This document shows positions 12,129 through 25,705 of a stretch of 64,000 bases of DNA, piece by piece (position 1 is the first letter of the stretch; every line of letters begins with the position of its first letter). This DNA is from Octopus sinensis (lineage: Eukaryota). The translations under genes were made by a program, and so were the position numbers. The notes beneath the pieces are model-generated. The model saw nothing but the letters and a program-made list of their open reading frames with translations, was not told the DNA's origin and searched no databases. The DNA is taken from the NCBI RefSeq assembly GCF_006345805.1, contig NC_043003.1, forward strand, positions 50,158,001 through 50,222,000, given 5' to 3'.

Positions 12129-13319
12129 CGAGGTATAGTCAAAAAGTATCCGACCTTTGGCCAAAAAAATAATATTAAAAAATTTTGATTTGACAGAATT
12201 TGATACAGTATCATTGCTCAATGCGCTCGGTCATTGCCTCAAAAAGAAAATCGCACAGCACACTCTTCACGTCTGTACTCAACGTATCACTGCGACCTCC
12301 TTCAAAGTATTCGCCTTGGCAGTCTACACACTTCTGCTAGCGTTCATGCCACTGCTGGAAACATTTCTGGAAATCACTTTTTGGGATGCTGTAGAGCTGT
12401 GCATTCGAATTTATGCTTAATGTCCTCTGTTGACTCAAATCTTTTTCCTTTGAGTGCCTTTTTTTGAGCTTTGGGAATAGCCAAAAGTCACACAGAGCCA
12501 AGTCTGGGGAGTAGGAAGCCCGACGAACAGGTGGTGTGTTTTGCTTGACGAGGAATGCTTGGACGACGTGGGCGGAATGAGCGGGTGCGTTGTCATGGTG
12601 GAGTTGCCAGTTCTTTGCTGCCTACAGGTCGGGTCGTTTTCGTCACACAGCTTCATGCAGACAACGAAGAACTCCCAGGTAGTATTATTTGTTAATTGTC
12701 TGACCTTGTGGTGCATATTTATGGCTCACTGTCCGGCGAGCTGGCAGAAACGTTAGCACGCCGGGCGAAATGCGTAGCTGTATTTCGTCTGCCGCTACGT
12801 TCTGATTTCAAATTCCGCCAAGGTCGACTTTGCCTTCCATCCTTTCGGGGTCGATAAATTAAGTACCAGTTGAGTACTGGGGTCTATGTAATCCACTATC
12901 CACCACCCCGCAATTTCAGTCCTTGTACCTATAGTAGAAAGGCTCACTGTCCCCTGAGGTGCGGCCATCTTTGAACCGGTTGTACCACTCCTTTATTTAT
13001 GTTTTCCCATTGTATCATCTCCAAAGGCCTTCTGAATCTTCTCGAGAATCTAGGCTTGCGTATCACCAAGTTTTTGACAGAATTTGATACAGTATCATTG
13101 CTCAATGCGCTCGGTCATTGCCTCAAAAAGAAAATCGCACAGCACACTCTTCACGTCTGTACTCAACGTATCACTGCGACCGGATGGCGCAACCTACAGA
13201 CACGAAAATTTTTGCGCATGCTTGGGAAGGACGTAGCCACTTCATACTCATGCGGATTTTGCGCATACATTATTTTGCGCAAATAAAACCAAGGTCGTAT
13301 ACCTTATGATTACACCTCG
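12129..13319 (-). mobile_element. Internally deleted mariner element with imperfect TIRs and TA TSD
   Basis: TA|cgaggtatagtcaaaaagtatccgacctt ... aaggtcgtataccttatgattacacctcg|TA. Minus strand encodes MTERIEQ*YCIKFCQKLGDT...KEWYNRFKDGRTS, a deletion, then YAPQGQTINK*YYL...WQLHHDNAPAH...YSPDLALCDFWLFPKLK...KCV..QGEYFEG. Confidence 0.95.
12735..12940 (+). mobile_element. Full SINE family 2 nested in the mariner
   Basis: ggcgagctggcagaaacgttagc head, B-box-like ttcaaattcc, central gccttccatcctttcggggtcgataaattaagtacc domain (resembles the Meta/MESC domain from memory). Flanked by direct repeat ggctcactgtcc (12723-12734 and 12941-12952). Confidence 0.92.
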
Positions 13320-13449
13320 TATTAGTGATGAAATAAATAAACTAAGGACTGATGAATTTGATATATGCTACAGTTAGCATCTTTTAACTTCCAGATATAT
13401 TTGTAGAGTGTGTGGTGTATCTCTGAGTCTCATAATATATATATATATA

Positions 13450-13490
<41 letters not shown>

Positions 13491-14179
13491 TGCGAGAACT
13501 ATGTTTTAAAATATTTTGTAATTACTGTATAGATTATTCTTTCATTGCTATTTGCACTGTCATTAACTTGATAAACTAACGCTTAGAAAGACATATGCAA
13601 TAAAAAGGCAGATATCAGATATAATTTACAGAGAGGAGAAGACTTTTGCGTGTTTATATTTCTACTATAAGATCAAAATAGATATAAATCTACGAACAGT
13701 TGATTTCTTAGAAACCACTCTAGATTTAGATACTGATAAATTATAGGAACCTTAACGAATGTTGTTGCATGTATACATACATACATACACAGACAGATAC
13801 ATACATACATGCATAAATACGTATGTACATACACACACATACATACATACATACATACATACATACATACATACATACATACATACATACATACATACAC
13901 ACATGCATATATATGTACTCGCACACTACAAATACAATTTGTGCGTGCAACAATGAAATTATACAAGACTTTCCTCAAGTTTAAAACGTGAAATTGCTTT
14001 TGTTATCTGCATTCTAATGATGGAGCTTTGTACCTTTGTACATGAATACATACATACATACATACATACATACATTTACAAACACACCACACACACATAT
14101 ATATATATATGTAGTTTTTTCACTTTTTACTATTTTCTATATATTCAACCACGTGCTTTCACACATCAACTTTCTCACC

Positions 14180-14262
<83 letters not shown>

Positions 14263-14834
14263 TATGTATATACATCCTGACCATTTCTAAATAATCATTA
14301 AGAACTTAGTTAATAGGATTAGCAAGCTCATACCCAAATAATCCTCTAAGGAGGAATTCCCTCATTATATTGGTTTTTATTACAATGTGACATTAAAAGA
14401 CTGTGGTACCTTTGAATGAAAAACTTCGCAAATATTAAGACGAAAAATATTCGAAACGAAATATTATATAATATGATCTTTATAATTTAGTTTTTCTTTG
14501 CAGTGATGCAGGATTATTCTAAACCTTAAAAATATACGTCCTTCATAGACTTTAGATACAAAATATTTATTTAAAAGTTTCTTGTGAGAGTACTCCAGGA
14601 CTAATAATTCTAGTGTATCCATGGCCATCCTAAGCAGGAAAAGAATTCCAGTACAAATATGTAGAAACTGTATATACACAGGCACTCAGAAAGACACCTC
14701 ACCTCTTTACTCTCTGCATACGAGAGCTATACCGAAAATAATGCAAAAAATGGTTATAACTTTTTCATGAGTTGATATAGGTTTTTCAAACTACAACATG
14801 GTAGAATAACTCCTACTTTATCGTAATCTTTCTT

Positions 14835-15775
14835 CTTGTTCTTTATTTCAAACATTATCTTTGACAAAGGAAGGATATCCAACATCTACACGAGGCCAGA
14901 GGTCGTTTGTGGGAATGGCAATATTAACATGAGTAAAGTGCGCAGATCTACGAGGGGTGCTGAAAAATTCCTGGCTTTAAAGGTATCGCGAAAGGCCTGG
15001 CTGGAGGCCCAACATTCTGAGTTCTTTTACAGGGTTTAGGAAAACTGAGGGACCGCTGCAATAAGTGTGTGAATCTGAGAAGGGACTATGTTGAATAAAA
15101 TCATAATTAACTGATCCTCCTTTATTTTTCTTTTACCCAAAGCCAGGAACTTTTCGGCATTCCTTCGTACGAAGAAGTTTCAATAAGGAGAGAGCAGCAT
15201 TGAAGAAAAACCATGCTGTAGAAGACCATTAACTACGACCGTGGACGCGGATCACCAGCAAGTGAGCAAATTGATTTACGAAGACAGACAAGTTAAAATC
15301 TGTGAGATGACTGCATAATTGGATTGCGATCTCAAAGTGTTACCGAAGACGGTGGAAGACTTTAGCCATTGCAAAAGTGCGCGAAAAGTGGGCACCATGG
15401 CAGTTAACAGAGAGATTTTAAGGAGAGAGAGTAAAAGCGTGTTCTGATATGCTGCAAGCATTCTTCCGATTTACTAACAGGAGAAGAAACGAATTATAAG
15501 TTTATGAACAAAAATACACTTCTCCGAGAACCAGCAATCAGCATGAAAAGTCATGATGACAAAATGTCATAGTGGCTGTCTGAGAGATAACAAGGATCTC
15601 ATTCATGAATTTCTGAGACATAATTGTACCATGAACAGCGAATAGTTCACTGAGATACTCGAAAGACTTAGAAAAGCCATGAGGAAGAAAAGACTGAACA
15701 AGTATCTGAAAACAATCCACGTTTACCATAACAATGAGCACACACATCTTTAGTAAAAAATTAGACAATCCATCC
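14835..15775 (+). pseudogene. Degenerate mariner transposase interrupted by a MITE
   Basis: NIYTR.EVVCGNGNINMSKVRRS[MITE]TKKFQ*GESSIEEKP..RRP...KWAPWQLTE...TGEET...TMNSE*FTEILERLRKAMRKKR...HVYHNNEHTH. Confidence 0.8.
14951..15167. mobile_element. Mariner-derived MITE (~217 bp)
   Basis: TA|cgaggggtgctgaaaaattcctggcttt ... aaagccaggaacttttcggcattccttcg|TA. Further copies at 18823 and 30795. Confidence 0.9.
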
Positions 15776-16946
15776 ATTCATGCACACACACACACATACA
15801 CATACATACATACATACATACATACATACATACATACATACATAATAAAACTATGGCTATCACTCGCAAAAGGTATGATTTTGTAGCATGTACTACGCTT
15901 TCATTATTTTTGGGCTCTTATAAAGAATGACAACAGAGTATATATATATATATAGGTATAAAAATTATATATAAAGAAACAAGAACGTGAATACACAAAG
16001 GGACGAACACAGAAAACAGACGGGTCATTCGAAGCCTTTAATCTTCAGTCAGAAACCGGATCATCATAGCAAATTTCGGCTGATTATATATAGGTCGAAT
16101 TTAAAGTTAAAGAATTAAGGTTTAGAAAGTAGGCAAGTAGGCGTTAAATGCAGTGTCCAAATCTTCTTTCAAGATAAGTCCCAGGTAGTGTGTCTGCGGA
16201 GCACGTCCACCACTTATGGCCATCAGGCGTCATCAGCGATACTTTGCATTCATCGTTGGATCTATGTTCAGAAATTCCAGGGTACACGTAGGGTATATTT
16301 TAAAGATTAAAGGAAAAGAGGAGTATAACAAAAATGCTTTTTGTTGTACTCTGTCTTCTCCATTGATCTTTAAAATATACATATACATACATACATACAT
16401 ACATACATGCAAACACACACATATATACATACACATATATACACACACAAACACATATAAACAGACATACATACACGCATACGCGCGTACACATATAATA
16501 ATTATTTATGCAATGAAATTTAAATATTACAAAAGCCTCACTGTGGATTAAATAAAAAATGTAAATACATTCTTTCTATATTGTTGTGCAGCAAAAATAG
16601 AAAGCGATATAATTAATCACCAGTAAAATTACTTTTGATTGTTTCCCCCGGAATGAAAGTTTACTATGAATTGTTAAATGTTCTCGCTTAAATTAATGAA
16701 TCAAAATTTCCTGATTGACCGTGTCACGGTTTGATGCTAGTTTCTCAGAGAAACTTACTCCAAAGCACAGAGTTTTCAGTATATATATATATATATATGT
16801 CAATCTAATCTAGGGGTGTAAAAATGTCTACCAATGTCGGATTATTGATGATCGGCCAGTTTGCGCACTTTAATGGCTGTCTTTTTGTGTCTCCGATTCT
16901 CGGTCTTTTGCCTACTTCTGTCTATGAATGGTAGTCTATGTTAGTA

Positions 16947-17045
<99 letters not shown>

Positions 17046-17244
17046 GGAAAATAGGGATGAAAACATCCAATCTTTCTTTGGCTCCCCTGTTTAATACCCA
17101 ATTTAGTAGAGAAAAACTTAACAATTCACATGGGCACATATTAAATTTATAAAAATGAAAAGAAAACGGAGATATACAATTGTCAATTCAAAAAAGAAAG
17201 TTTATTATCATAATATATTATGTTATGTTCTTATAATAATATGA

Positions 17245-17554
17245 TCATCATGTGATCATGTGACCGACCAGGCTATCAGATGTTGCTACACATCGCTGGT
17301 CACAATACACTTCGCATTGTTTTAGCCTTCAAATGACGCCACCCCGCTGGCTAAGCGAGCAGGCCAACAGAAGAAAGAGTGAGAGAAAGTTGCGGCGAAA
17401 GAGTACAGCAGGGATCGCCACCATCCCCTGCCGGAGCCCCGTGGAGCTTTAGGTGTTTTCGCTCAATAAACACTCACAACGCTCGGTCTAGGAATCAAAA
17501 CCGCGAACCTACGACCGCGAGTCACTGCCCTAGCCACTGGGCCATTGCGCCTCC
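17245..17554 (-). mobile_element. SINE family 3 (clear pol III A/B boxes)
   Basis: Minus strand ggaggcgcaaTGGCCCAGTGGctagggcagtgactcgcggtcgtaggttcgcGGTTTTGATTCC..., ending (cacatgat)n. Confidence 0.9.
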
Positions 17555-17557
17555 ACT

Positions 17558-17795
17558 TAACGTAAAGACAGACGAAATACCTATTTCTTTACAACTCACA
17601 AGGGGCTAAACACAAAGGGGACAAACAAAGACAGACAAACGGATTAAGTCGATTATATCGACCCCAATACGAAACTGGTACTTAATTTCGACCCCGAAAG
17701 GATGAAAGGCAAAGTCGACCTCGGCGGAATTTGAACTCAGAACTTATTGACAGACGAAATACCTATTTCTTTACTACCCACAAGGAGCTAAACAC
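17558..17795 (-). mobile_element. Partial tandem array of tail-B SINE-2 units
   Basis: Two gacgaaatacc|tatttcttt junctions about 180 bp apart. Confidence 0.85.
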
Positions 17796-18019
17796 AGATA
17801 ATACATGATAAATCTTGAATTTAAATCCCATACAATTGTTTCCATTCTTATCCATGTTATTATGGGTAAGAATCGAAACAATTGTATGTAATTTGTATTT
17901 AATAGTTATTATTTAATATATCATACCATATTATTATAAGAATATAACATAATATAATATTATCTTAATAATTTGAACTTTTGAATTGACAATCGTATAT
18001 CTCCATTTTCTTTTCATAT

Positions 18020-18051
<32 letters not shown>

Positions 18052-18056
18052 TATAT

Positions 18057-18087
<31 letters not shown>

Positions 18088-18090
18088 TAT

Positions 18091-18121
<31 letters not shown>

Positions 18122-18149
18122 CATATATAATATATATATATATATATAT

Positions 18150-18415
18150 ATTGATTGATTGATTGATTCTAGTTTCAGCTCACGAGCTGTGGCCATGCTG
18201 GGGCACCGCCATTTGGTGTTGCTACATGGTTTTACTTCACGAATGCTTTTTAGCAACTGCCATTTGGCGCATGAGAGAGTTCGATGCTGCTGCCCTCATC
18301 TGCACCTCCTGCCGTGAAGTTGGTTCATCTGGGATACCTGACAAGAAGAGATCCAGTTTCATTTTAAAAACATCTGCATCCACCCCATGCAGGTCTCTCA
18401 GGTTCTTCGGGAGGA
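18150..18415 (-). mobile_element. CR1-like LINE 3' end, 5'-truncated, (CAAT)n tail
   Basis: ILPKNLRDLHGVDADVFKMKLDLFLSGIPDEP...MRAAASNSL. Homologous to 23080-23315. Confidence 0.88.
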
Positions 18416-18822
18416 TATATATATGTATGTATGTATATATATATATATATACACACATACATATACACACACACATATATATACATATATATATATATAT
18501 ATGCATGTGCATGTAGATGTTAGGACGTTAAACTAAGCGGATTTTTAATTATTGTAACTCAATGTTGCTAAGATTATTAATGCAATAAAATGTGTTTTGA
18601 GATTACACACTATGCTTCAAGTATTACAGATTGAAATATATAGCGCTAAGCCTATTAATGAACAAAATGATGAAGTAAAGAACGATTAAATAATAAAATT
18701 GTGTAAAATATGGTATTAAGAAGAAAGGTAATACAAAAGTAGACCTACGATAAGAACGTTAAATAAATTATAAATCGGAGTAAATCATTAAGCATTCATT
18801 TCTACTATAGAAACAAGATCTA

Positions 18823-18950
18823 CTAGGGGGTGCTGAAAAGGTCCTGGTTTTAAGGTTATCACGAAAGGCCTGGCTGGAGTCCCAGCCTTCAGAGTGCTTT
18901 TATAGGGCTTAGAAAAAATTAAAAGGATCGCTGCAATAAGTGTGCGAATC
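18823..18950. mobile_element. Truncated copy of the mariner-derived MITE
   Basis: Matches the first ~125 bp of 14951-15167. Confidence 0.8.
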
Positions 18951-19977
18951 GACACCAGTATTCAACTGGTCCTTATTTCATCAACCCCCAAAAGATGTGT
19001 AGTAATAAGACAATACGTAGAAAGGTCACCATTGGGGGTCAATAATTTAGTGGGCTTGTTGTCACCAATTTAAAGGGTACCACTATAACGTGCATGACGT
19101 AAGTGTAAAAATGGCCTGAACTCTTTGTATGACCACCCTCCCCGTACATAACTCCCTGTCCCCCTACATGGCCTTGCTTTTGCTTTTTGAGCCAATAAAA
19201 ATTGAATTGAATTGAATAGAATAAATATCAGAAGGTATGTTGTAAATAAAATATAGTGATTTATTCCTTAATTGTTATTCACACAGTTGCAGTAAAGGTA
19301 AGCTGGTCGCAGAAAGGTTAGCGTTGATGTGTTATTCAAAGATGTAGAATAACGGGAGAAGACAAATGTATGTGCAATAGAAAATCTAACGAGTGTGTAT
19401 ATAAGAAAAATCTCTGCATGTCGTTACGTGTGACTGATATCCACTGGACAGCTTGATAAGAACGTGTTAACATGTCAGATTCGAAGCAGCAACTCTTAAG
19501 GATCCATAGCGTGTCGAGCTAGACGAGCCAGAAGCTCGTTCACAGTTTAATGCCCCGCTCGCGGGTGCAATTGCGCCCGCGAGCCCATTTTATTGAGCCC
19601 GCAGGATGATGTGCTCATATGTACAAAATATAGTAAATTTTTCATTCATAAAATTTAAACTATATTCTTATACCTATTTGCGATAAAGGTCGCGTTTACA
19701 TTACTACTTAAAGTGGTCAGAAATCGTCCGGTAATTACCAGTTGAATGGAAATTTTGTTTTCACGTGAAAACACTTATTGCTAGGTTTGTATCACACGCT
19801 TGAGATCCAACTACACTTTAGCTGGAAATATATAGAATACCTCATAATTAATATAAACGTCCCAAATTCAGTGTACGCGTTAATTTAATGTGTTAAACTT
19901 ATCTTTATTAATGTATATCAAATTATATATAGATATATACAAGATTTACACAGATAAAAGATCTAGAACTCGTGAAT

Positions 19978-20345
19978 GGTGCAGGAGTGGTTGTGTGGTA
20001 AGCACCTTGCTTACCAACCACATGGTTCCGGGTTCAGCCTTGTGAGTGGATTTGGTAGACGGAAACTGAAAGAAGCCCGTCGTATATATGTATATATATA
20101 CATATGTATGTGCGTGTATATGTTTGTGTATCTGTGTTCGTCCCCACAACATCGCTTGACAACCGATGTTGGTGTCTTTACGTCCCCGTAACTTAGCGGT
20201 TCGGCAAAAGAGACCGATAGAATAAGTACTAGGTTTACAAAGAATAAGTCCTGGGGGCGATTTACTCGACTAAAGGCGGTGCTCCAACATGGCCGCAGTC
20301 AAATGACTGAAACAAGTAAAAGAGTAAGGAGTAAAGAGAGATATA
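19978..20345 (+). mobile_element. Full SINE family 1 with 13-bp TSD
   Basis: Flanked by ctagaactcgtga (19963-19975 and 20350-20362). Confidence 0.92.
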
Positions 20346-20769
20346 AGAGCTAGAACTCGTGATCCACCCGCGGACATTTTCCTTATGAAATTTTTACCCG
20401 CCGCGCTAAAAAGTTTCCCCACCCTGGTTTAGTGTTTACATCTGAACGGGATAAAGCAAAGCAGCGACGAAAGGGAACCAGGTGCTACCTTTCTGACATT
20501 TAGACAGCGACTAAATAAGCACACTTGAAAAGTGCGCGTTGTTACTCTGGGCGTGTTATGTCGCAATACTACACAGTGGCTGTGTGAGACGAAATCCTCG
20601 TCGCCACTGTTATGTCGCACGTTCGGATGCCTCTACTACTCAACATTTTTCTCCGCTCGACTGTGCTCCTGACGTCTAGGCTTCTCCCTCTATATCTACG
20701 TATTGGGCTAGCCTACTTCATCGTCTGGGGCCGTCCACACAACAGGGCGGAAGTGACGAAATAGTTCGA

Positions 20770-21125
20770 CGGCCGGCCTACAGATGAAAGGAAAAGTCGA
20801 CCTAGTTGGAATTTGAACTGAGAATGTAAAGGCGGGCGAAATACCGCTAAGCATTTTGTCAAACGCACTAACGACTCTGAAAGCTCGCCGCCTTATATAT
20901 TCTTTCTACCACAGGAATAAGGCTGGAAATTTAGTGGGGAGAGACCTAGTCGATTACATCGACCCCAGTGCTAAACTGGTACTTATTTTATCGACACGAA
21001 AGGATTAAAGGCAAAACCGACCTCAGCGGCTTTTGAATTCAGAACGTAAAGACGGGTGAAATGCCGCTAATCATTTTGCCTGGCGTGTTAACGATTCTAG
21101 CAACTCGCCGCCTTTCGCCGCCTTA
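20770..21125 (-). mobile_element. Two adjacent SINE family 2 copies (one partial)
   Basis: Both end in gctcgccgcctt or ctcgccgcctt (head, minus strand) with the central domain. Confidence 0.8.
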
Positions 21126-21457
21126 TATATCATTAAGTATTTAATTGCTTATATCATCATCATTATCATCATCATCATTAGAGGCGTTCATGGCAGAATT
21201 TAATGACTGTTGAACTAAGCGCATTGCGGTAATTACTCCAATATTTCATTTCTTAGTTTAAATCTCACTCAAATCAACTTTAGGTCCTACCTTCTTGGCG
21301 CCGATAACATTAATACAGGATGATTTATGAAATCGATCAAATTCTAATTTCTTGTGTAATAATTTCGTGAAGCCCAGGTGTATGTTCATGACTTTGTCAA
21401 TTTAAACTAATAATCTGGTGTTAAATAGAAAAAGAAGGTCCAGAAGATGATCTAGAT

Positions 21458-21779
21458 CAACGGTTCTCAACCGGGGTCCATATAAGATTTTTGATGTCCA
21501 CACAACACAATAGTACTTTAGGGATCCACGATAACTGTTTAAGGGCCTCTGAAAAAAATTTGCTTTAGATGTATGTATTGGTATATATTGCAAGAAACAG
21601 CTAGGGTTCTTTCTTTTACATTTTACATAGTTCAAAGTTAATGTGTGAAAAACAAAATAGGAAGTTTGAAATAAGAATCTATAAAACTGGTTTTTAGACA
21701 TCGAATGGCTATGAAGGGTCCACCAGAATAAAGCTGTAATCAAAGCGGTCGATAGAAAGAAAGTGGTTGAGAACCACTG
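21458..21779. mobile_element. hAT (Charlie/Buster-type) MITE
   Basis: TIRs caacggttctcaacc / ggttgagaaccactg; 8-bp TSD atctagat / atctggat (nTCTAGAn target type). Confidence 0.9.
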
Positions 21780-22261
21780 ATCTGGATAAGTACTCACCAA
21801 AGGGAGTGACATCGCCACGTTGAAGGTGGTAAGCATCTCTATGTGGATGCAAAGGACAAAGGGATGGTAAAGGTAATAAATACCTCTGCTCATTTATTTT
21901 TTTCTTTCGTCTTCTATTTAAATATTAACTTAAAATATTCAGATGTAATATTAGGATAAACTGCTTGTTAGTCACAGTTTCTATCCTGACACTAACCTGA
22001 GACATGAACTAATGTTTGGGTCAGTAATTAAGTTCAAGCAGTAAGGCGTCAAATATACACTTTTAGTAAAGTGGTGCTGAGTGGTAGGTAGTCATTTGCG
22101 CCAAATTAGTGTCCGGAGCTATTCTGATACTTCGTATAGGAACATAAAAATGGGAAAGAGTAGCACTGAATCGTTAAACGAGGGCGTTGAAAAATTGTTA
22201 GTGAAAGAAAAGGGGTGTTAGTTAAAGTATGTTTAAGAAGTGTTGATTTAGATTTCAACAT

Positions 22262-23320
22262 GTTACGCAAGGCACTGTTTTGGGACCACTACTGTTCGTA
22301 ATGGCCCTCTTAGACATGCCCTCAGCCACACAGAGAGCCACGATCACAAGTTATGCAGATGATACAAAAGTCTCACAAGTAATATAGAATCATGAAGACA
22401 CTATGCACCTGCAATGTGAGCTGGATCAAATATACAAGTGGGCTGAAAAGAATAGCATGCTGTTTAATGCTGAAGAGTTTCAAGCCATGTGCTATCAACA
22501 TGCAAAACTAAATGCAAAACCCATTAAATACACTGGACCTGGAGGGATTGTAATCCCAGAGGCACAGTCAGTGCGAGACCTGGGCATTTACATGAGTAAT
22601 GATGCATCCTTGTAATGATGCATGTTGCTAAATTGGCAATGAAATGTAGGTGGCTGACCGGATGGATTCTTAGAACCTTTAGAACAAGAGACCAGAAAAC
22701 CATGATGGTCCTCTGGAGGACATTTGTCCTAAGCCACTTTGACCATTGCTCTCAGTTATGGTCACCAACCAGTGTTAAATTAATCTCAGAACTTGAGGCA
22801 ATCCAACGAAGCTAAACGAAGAAAATAGCCTCTATGCAGCATATAAGCTATTGGGAAAGACTCAAGAGATTAAGACTCTATTCCTTAGAGCGTAGGCGAG
22901 AAAGATATGCCATAATATAAATCTGGAAGATCCTGGAAAGACTTTGGCATCGAGAGTTACACAAATACTAGAACTGGGCGCCACTGCATAGTGCCAAGGA
23001 CTCCAAATTTGCCATCAAGATGTAGAGCAAGATATTGCAATAGCCTGGGCTTCAGAGGTCCACAGCTCTTCAATATCCTACCGAAGGACCTGAGACCTGC
23101 ATGGGGTGGATGTAGGTGTCTTCAAAATAAAGCTGGACCTCTTCCTGTCAAGTATCCCAGATGCGCGGCTGGAGGTGCAGATGAGGGCACCTGCATCAAA
23201 CTCTCTCATGCACCAAATGTCAATTCCTAAAAAGCATTCGTGAAGTAAAATTATGTAGCAACACCAAATGGCGGTACCCCAGCATGGCCACAGCTCGTGT
23301 GCTGAAACTAGATAAAATAA
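22262..23320 (+). mobile_element. CR1-like LINE fragment, RT C-terminus and 3' end (pseudogenised)
   Basis: VTQGTVLGPLLF...SYADDTKV...LQCELDQIYKWAEKNSMLFN...VRDLGI...ILRTFRTRD...FVLSHFDHCSQLWSP...LEAIQR...YWERLKRLRLYSLERRRERY, with several stops and frameshifts. Confidence 0.92.
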
Positions 23321-25344
23321 AGAAAATGTGTATTTTACGCTTTGTGGCTCTCTTTATAGCTTTTGATAAATTCATCTGGGAAAACAGTTTGATAAGTGAA
23401 TTCTCATGGGACTGTCGTCGAAGTGCGTTGCATGATGTAATAATTGTAACACGCAATATGACCTTTGTAATCTGGTCAAGTTATTAATGCTGCTAAATAC
23501 TTTATATAGCACTTTATTGCTTGTTTCATGGTTTATTGTAAATAGAAATATTTTCCAGTTTTATGTTTTTCTTTCGTGTATTTACTTTTATTTCGTGTCT
23601 AGTAGTTTCTGTAGAGTTTTGTTTCTGTTGCTTTATGTCAATGCGTTATCTTTAATGTTGTCGATGCCTTTTTATGCATTGCTATTGCAGTTGTGCAATT
23701 TGGATTATACTTTGTTCATGTTTCCTTATGAGATGTCTTTATAGGAAGATTCTGCAGTTTTATTTTTTAGATGTACAATTTGCGCTTTCTGTGTAAATGC
23801 TGGAGTGTTGTTGATCTTCGAAAAATATAATCTGGTTCTGGGTCTATGTGGCTCAACTGGGATTCTCTTACTTTTATGAGCACAGTTTTGCTTCGTTCAT
23901 CGGTGTGTAAACATGTGTGAACATATTGTCATGATGACAGTCAAGTGATGAGAGCGAAGATGAGAGACTGAGTAGCATATGGTGACTACGAATGAGAAGA
24001 GAAAATTATGTGTAGCAGGAAGTTATTGTTCCTTTGGTAAAGCATACAAGTGAGTCGATACGAGATGCTTGAAATATAAAGTCGGTTTAACTCTGATGTC
24101 ATTGTGTCTCCGCTTGTGTTATCTGCATTATATTTATATCAGAACGTATAGTAATACGTGGTGGGATTTAACGTATTGCATCTCAGTATGTAACCCGAAA
24201 AGTTGCTTTATTATTCAATCCGTGCTAATGCATGTTTGGGCCTTATTTAATCGATTTCCAACGAAAGAAAGACACTATTTATTAGGGAAAATACTAAATA
24301 CAAAAAACGATGAATACTGGATTAAATGCATAATAGTATTCAGTTCAATTTCTTTACGTTTTATGCGTAAGCCCTGCTGCGGCCTGTTTTGTCTTTCAGT
24401 CAATAAAATGTTACTGATGATTTACAAGAGTGGATTTAATAAACTACAGTCTACACCAACAACAGAAAACGCGCCAATATGGAGCGCCTATAAAGGTTAC
24501 AACCATGGCTTTTTCCCCATGACGTTTATTTAAAACAAATTGTATGGCTTTGTGCCAATGTTAAAATATCATTATGAAATGTAACGTATAAAATACAATA
24601 AACTATAAACATTCCACTTTCCAATATTTAGCCTGCATCATGTTTTATGAAGCTGGTTGTATAACGTAAAAGTATTGAGGAAATACATTCTCTGAACCGA
24701 GTCCTTATGTCGCTGATGATTGCGTTTATAATTAAGTGGAGGTCATCTCCGGGCCGAGGGCGATGAATTTAAGTATCGGCGAGATATTGGAATCTGTTCA
24801 GCAAATATATAATGCAAATATGAAAAAAAAAAAAAAAAAAAGTTACGCGTATATTGGTATATTTGTGCCTGTATGCAAGACACATAATGCATAATAAATT
24901 CGTGCAAAGCTGCGTAGATGCATACAAAAAACAACAACGACAACAGCAAAACAAAAATAAATACAAATACATAGAGTGGCCTATGAACTGCGTAATATAG
25001 AGAAAATGAAGAATAAATAAATCTTAGTCTCTCTGTTTTTGCATGCATACACACACATACATATATACATACATCGTAGCTATACACTCATATACAAGTT
25101 ATATACACACACACACACACACGCACATGTATCTATGTATGTATATCGTTTTAGTATAAATCATTATCAATAACAATAAGTTATGCCAGCAATAAGTAGC
25201 TTCCACTGTATATAATACGTATATGTATGTATATATCTATGTATGCATATATATATATATGTATGTGTGTGTATGTATGTATGTATGCATGTATGTATAT
25301 ATATATATATTATATATATATACATACATGCATACATACACACA

Positions 25345-25408
<64 letters not shown>

Positions 25409-25596
25409 TATATAAATATATATATATGTATATATATATATATACATCTCATATCGACTCACTTATATGCTTTACCAAAGGAACATTAACTTCATGCCAC
25501 GCATAATTTTCTCTTCTCATCCGTAGTCACCATATGCTACAGTCTCTCATCTTCACTCTAATCACTTGGCTATCATTATGACAACGTGTTTACACG

Positions 25597-25646
<50 letters not shown>

Positions 25647-25667
25647 CACACAGATACATATATTCAC

Positions 25668-25705
<38 letters not shown>

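Noticed and set aside
15960-16290. Possible Penelope terminal-repeat remnant with ctgaaga/gaaa motifs
   Set aside because: The motifs cannot be folded into a consistent hammerhead and I could not confirm coding homology.
17480-17554. tRNA gene (also 37700-37780, 38808-38880, 58800-58872)
   Set aside because: A and B boxes are present, but there is no closed acceptor stem or T-run terminator and each runs into a SINE body.
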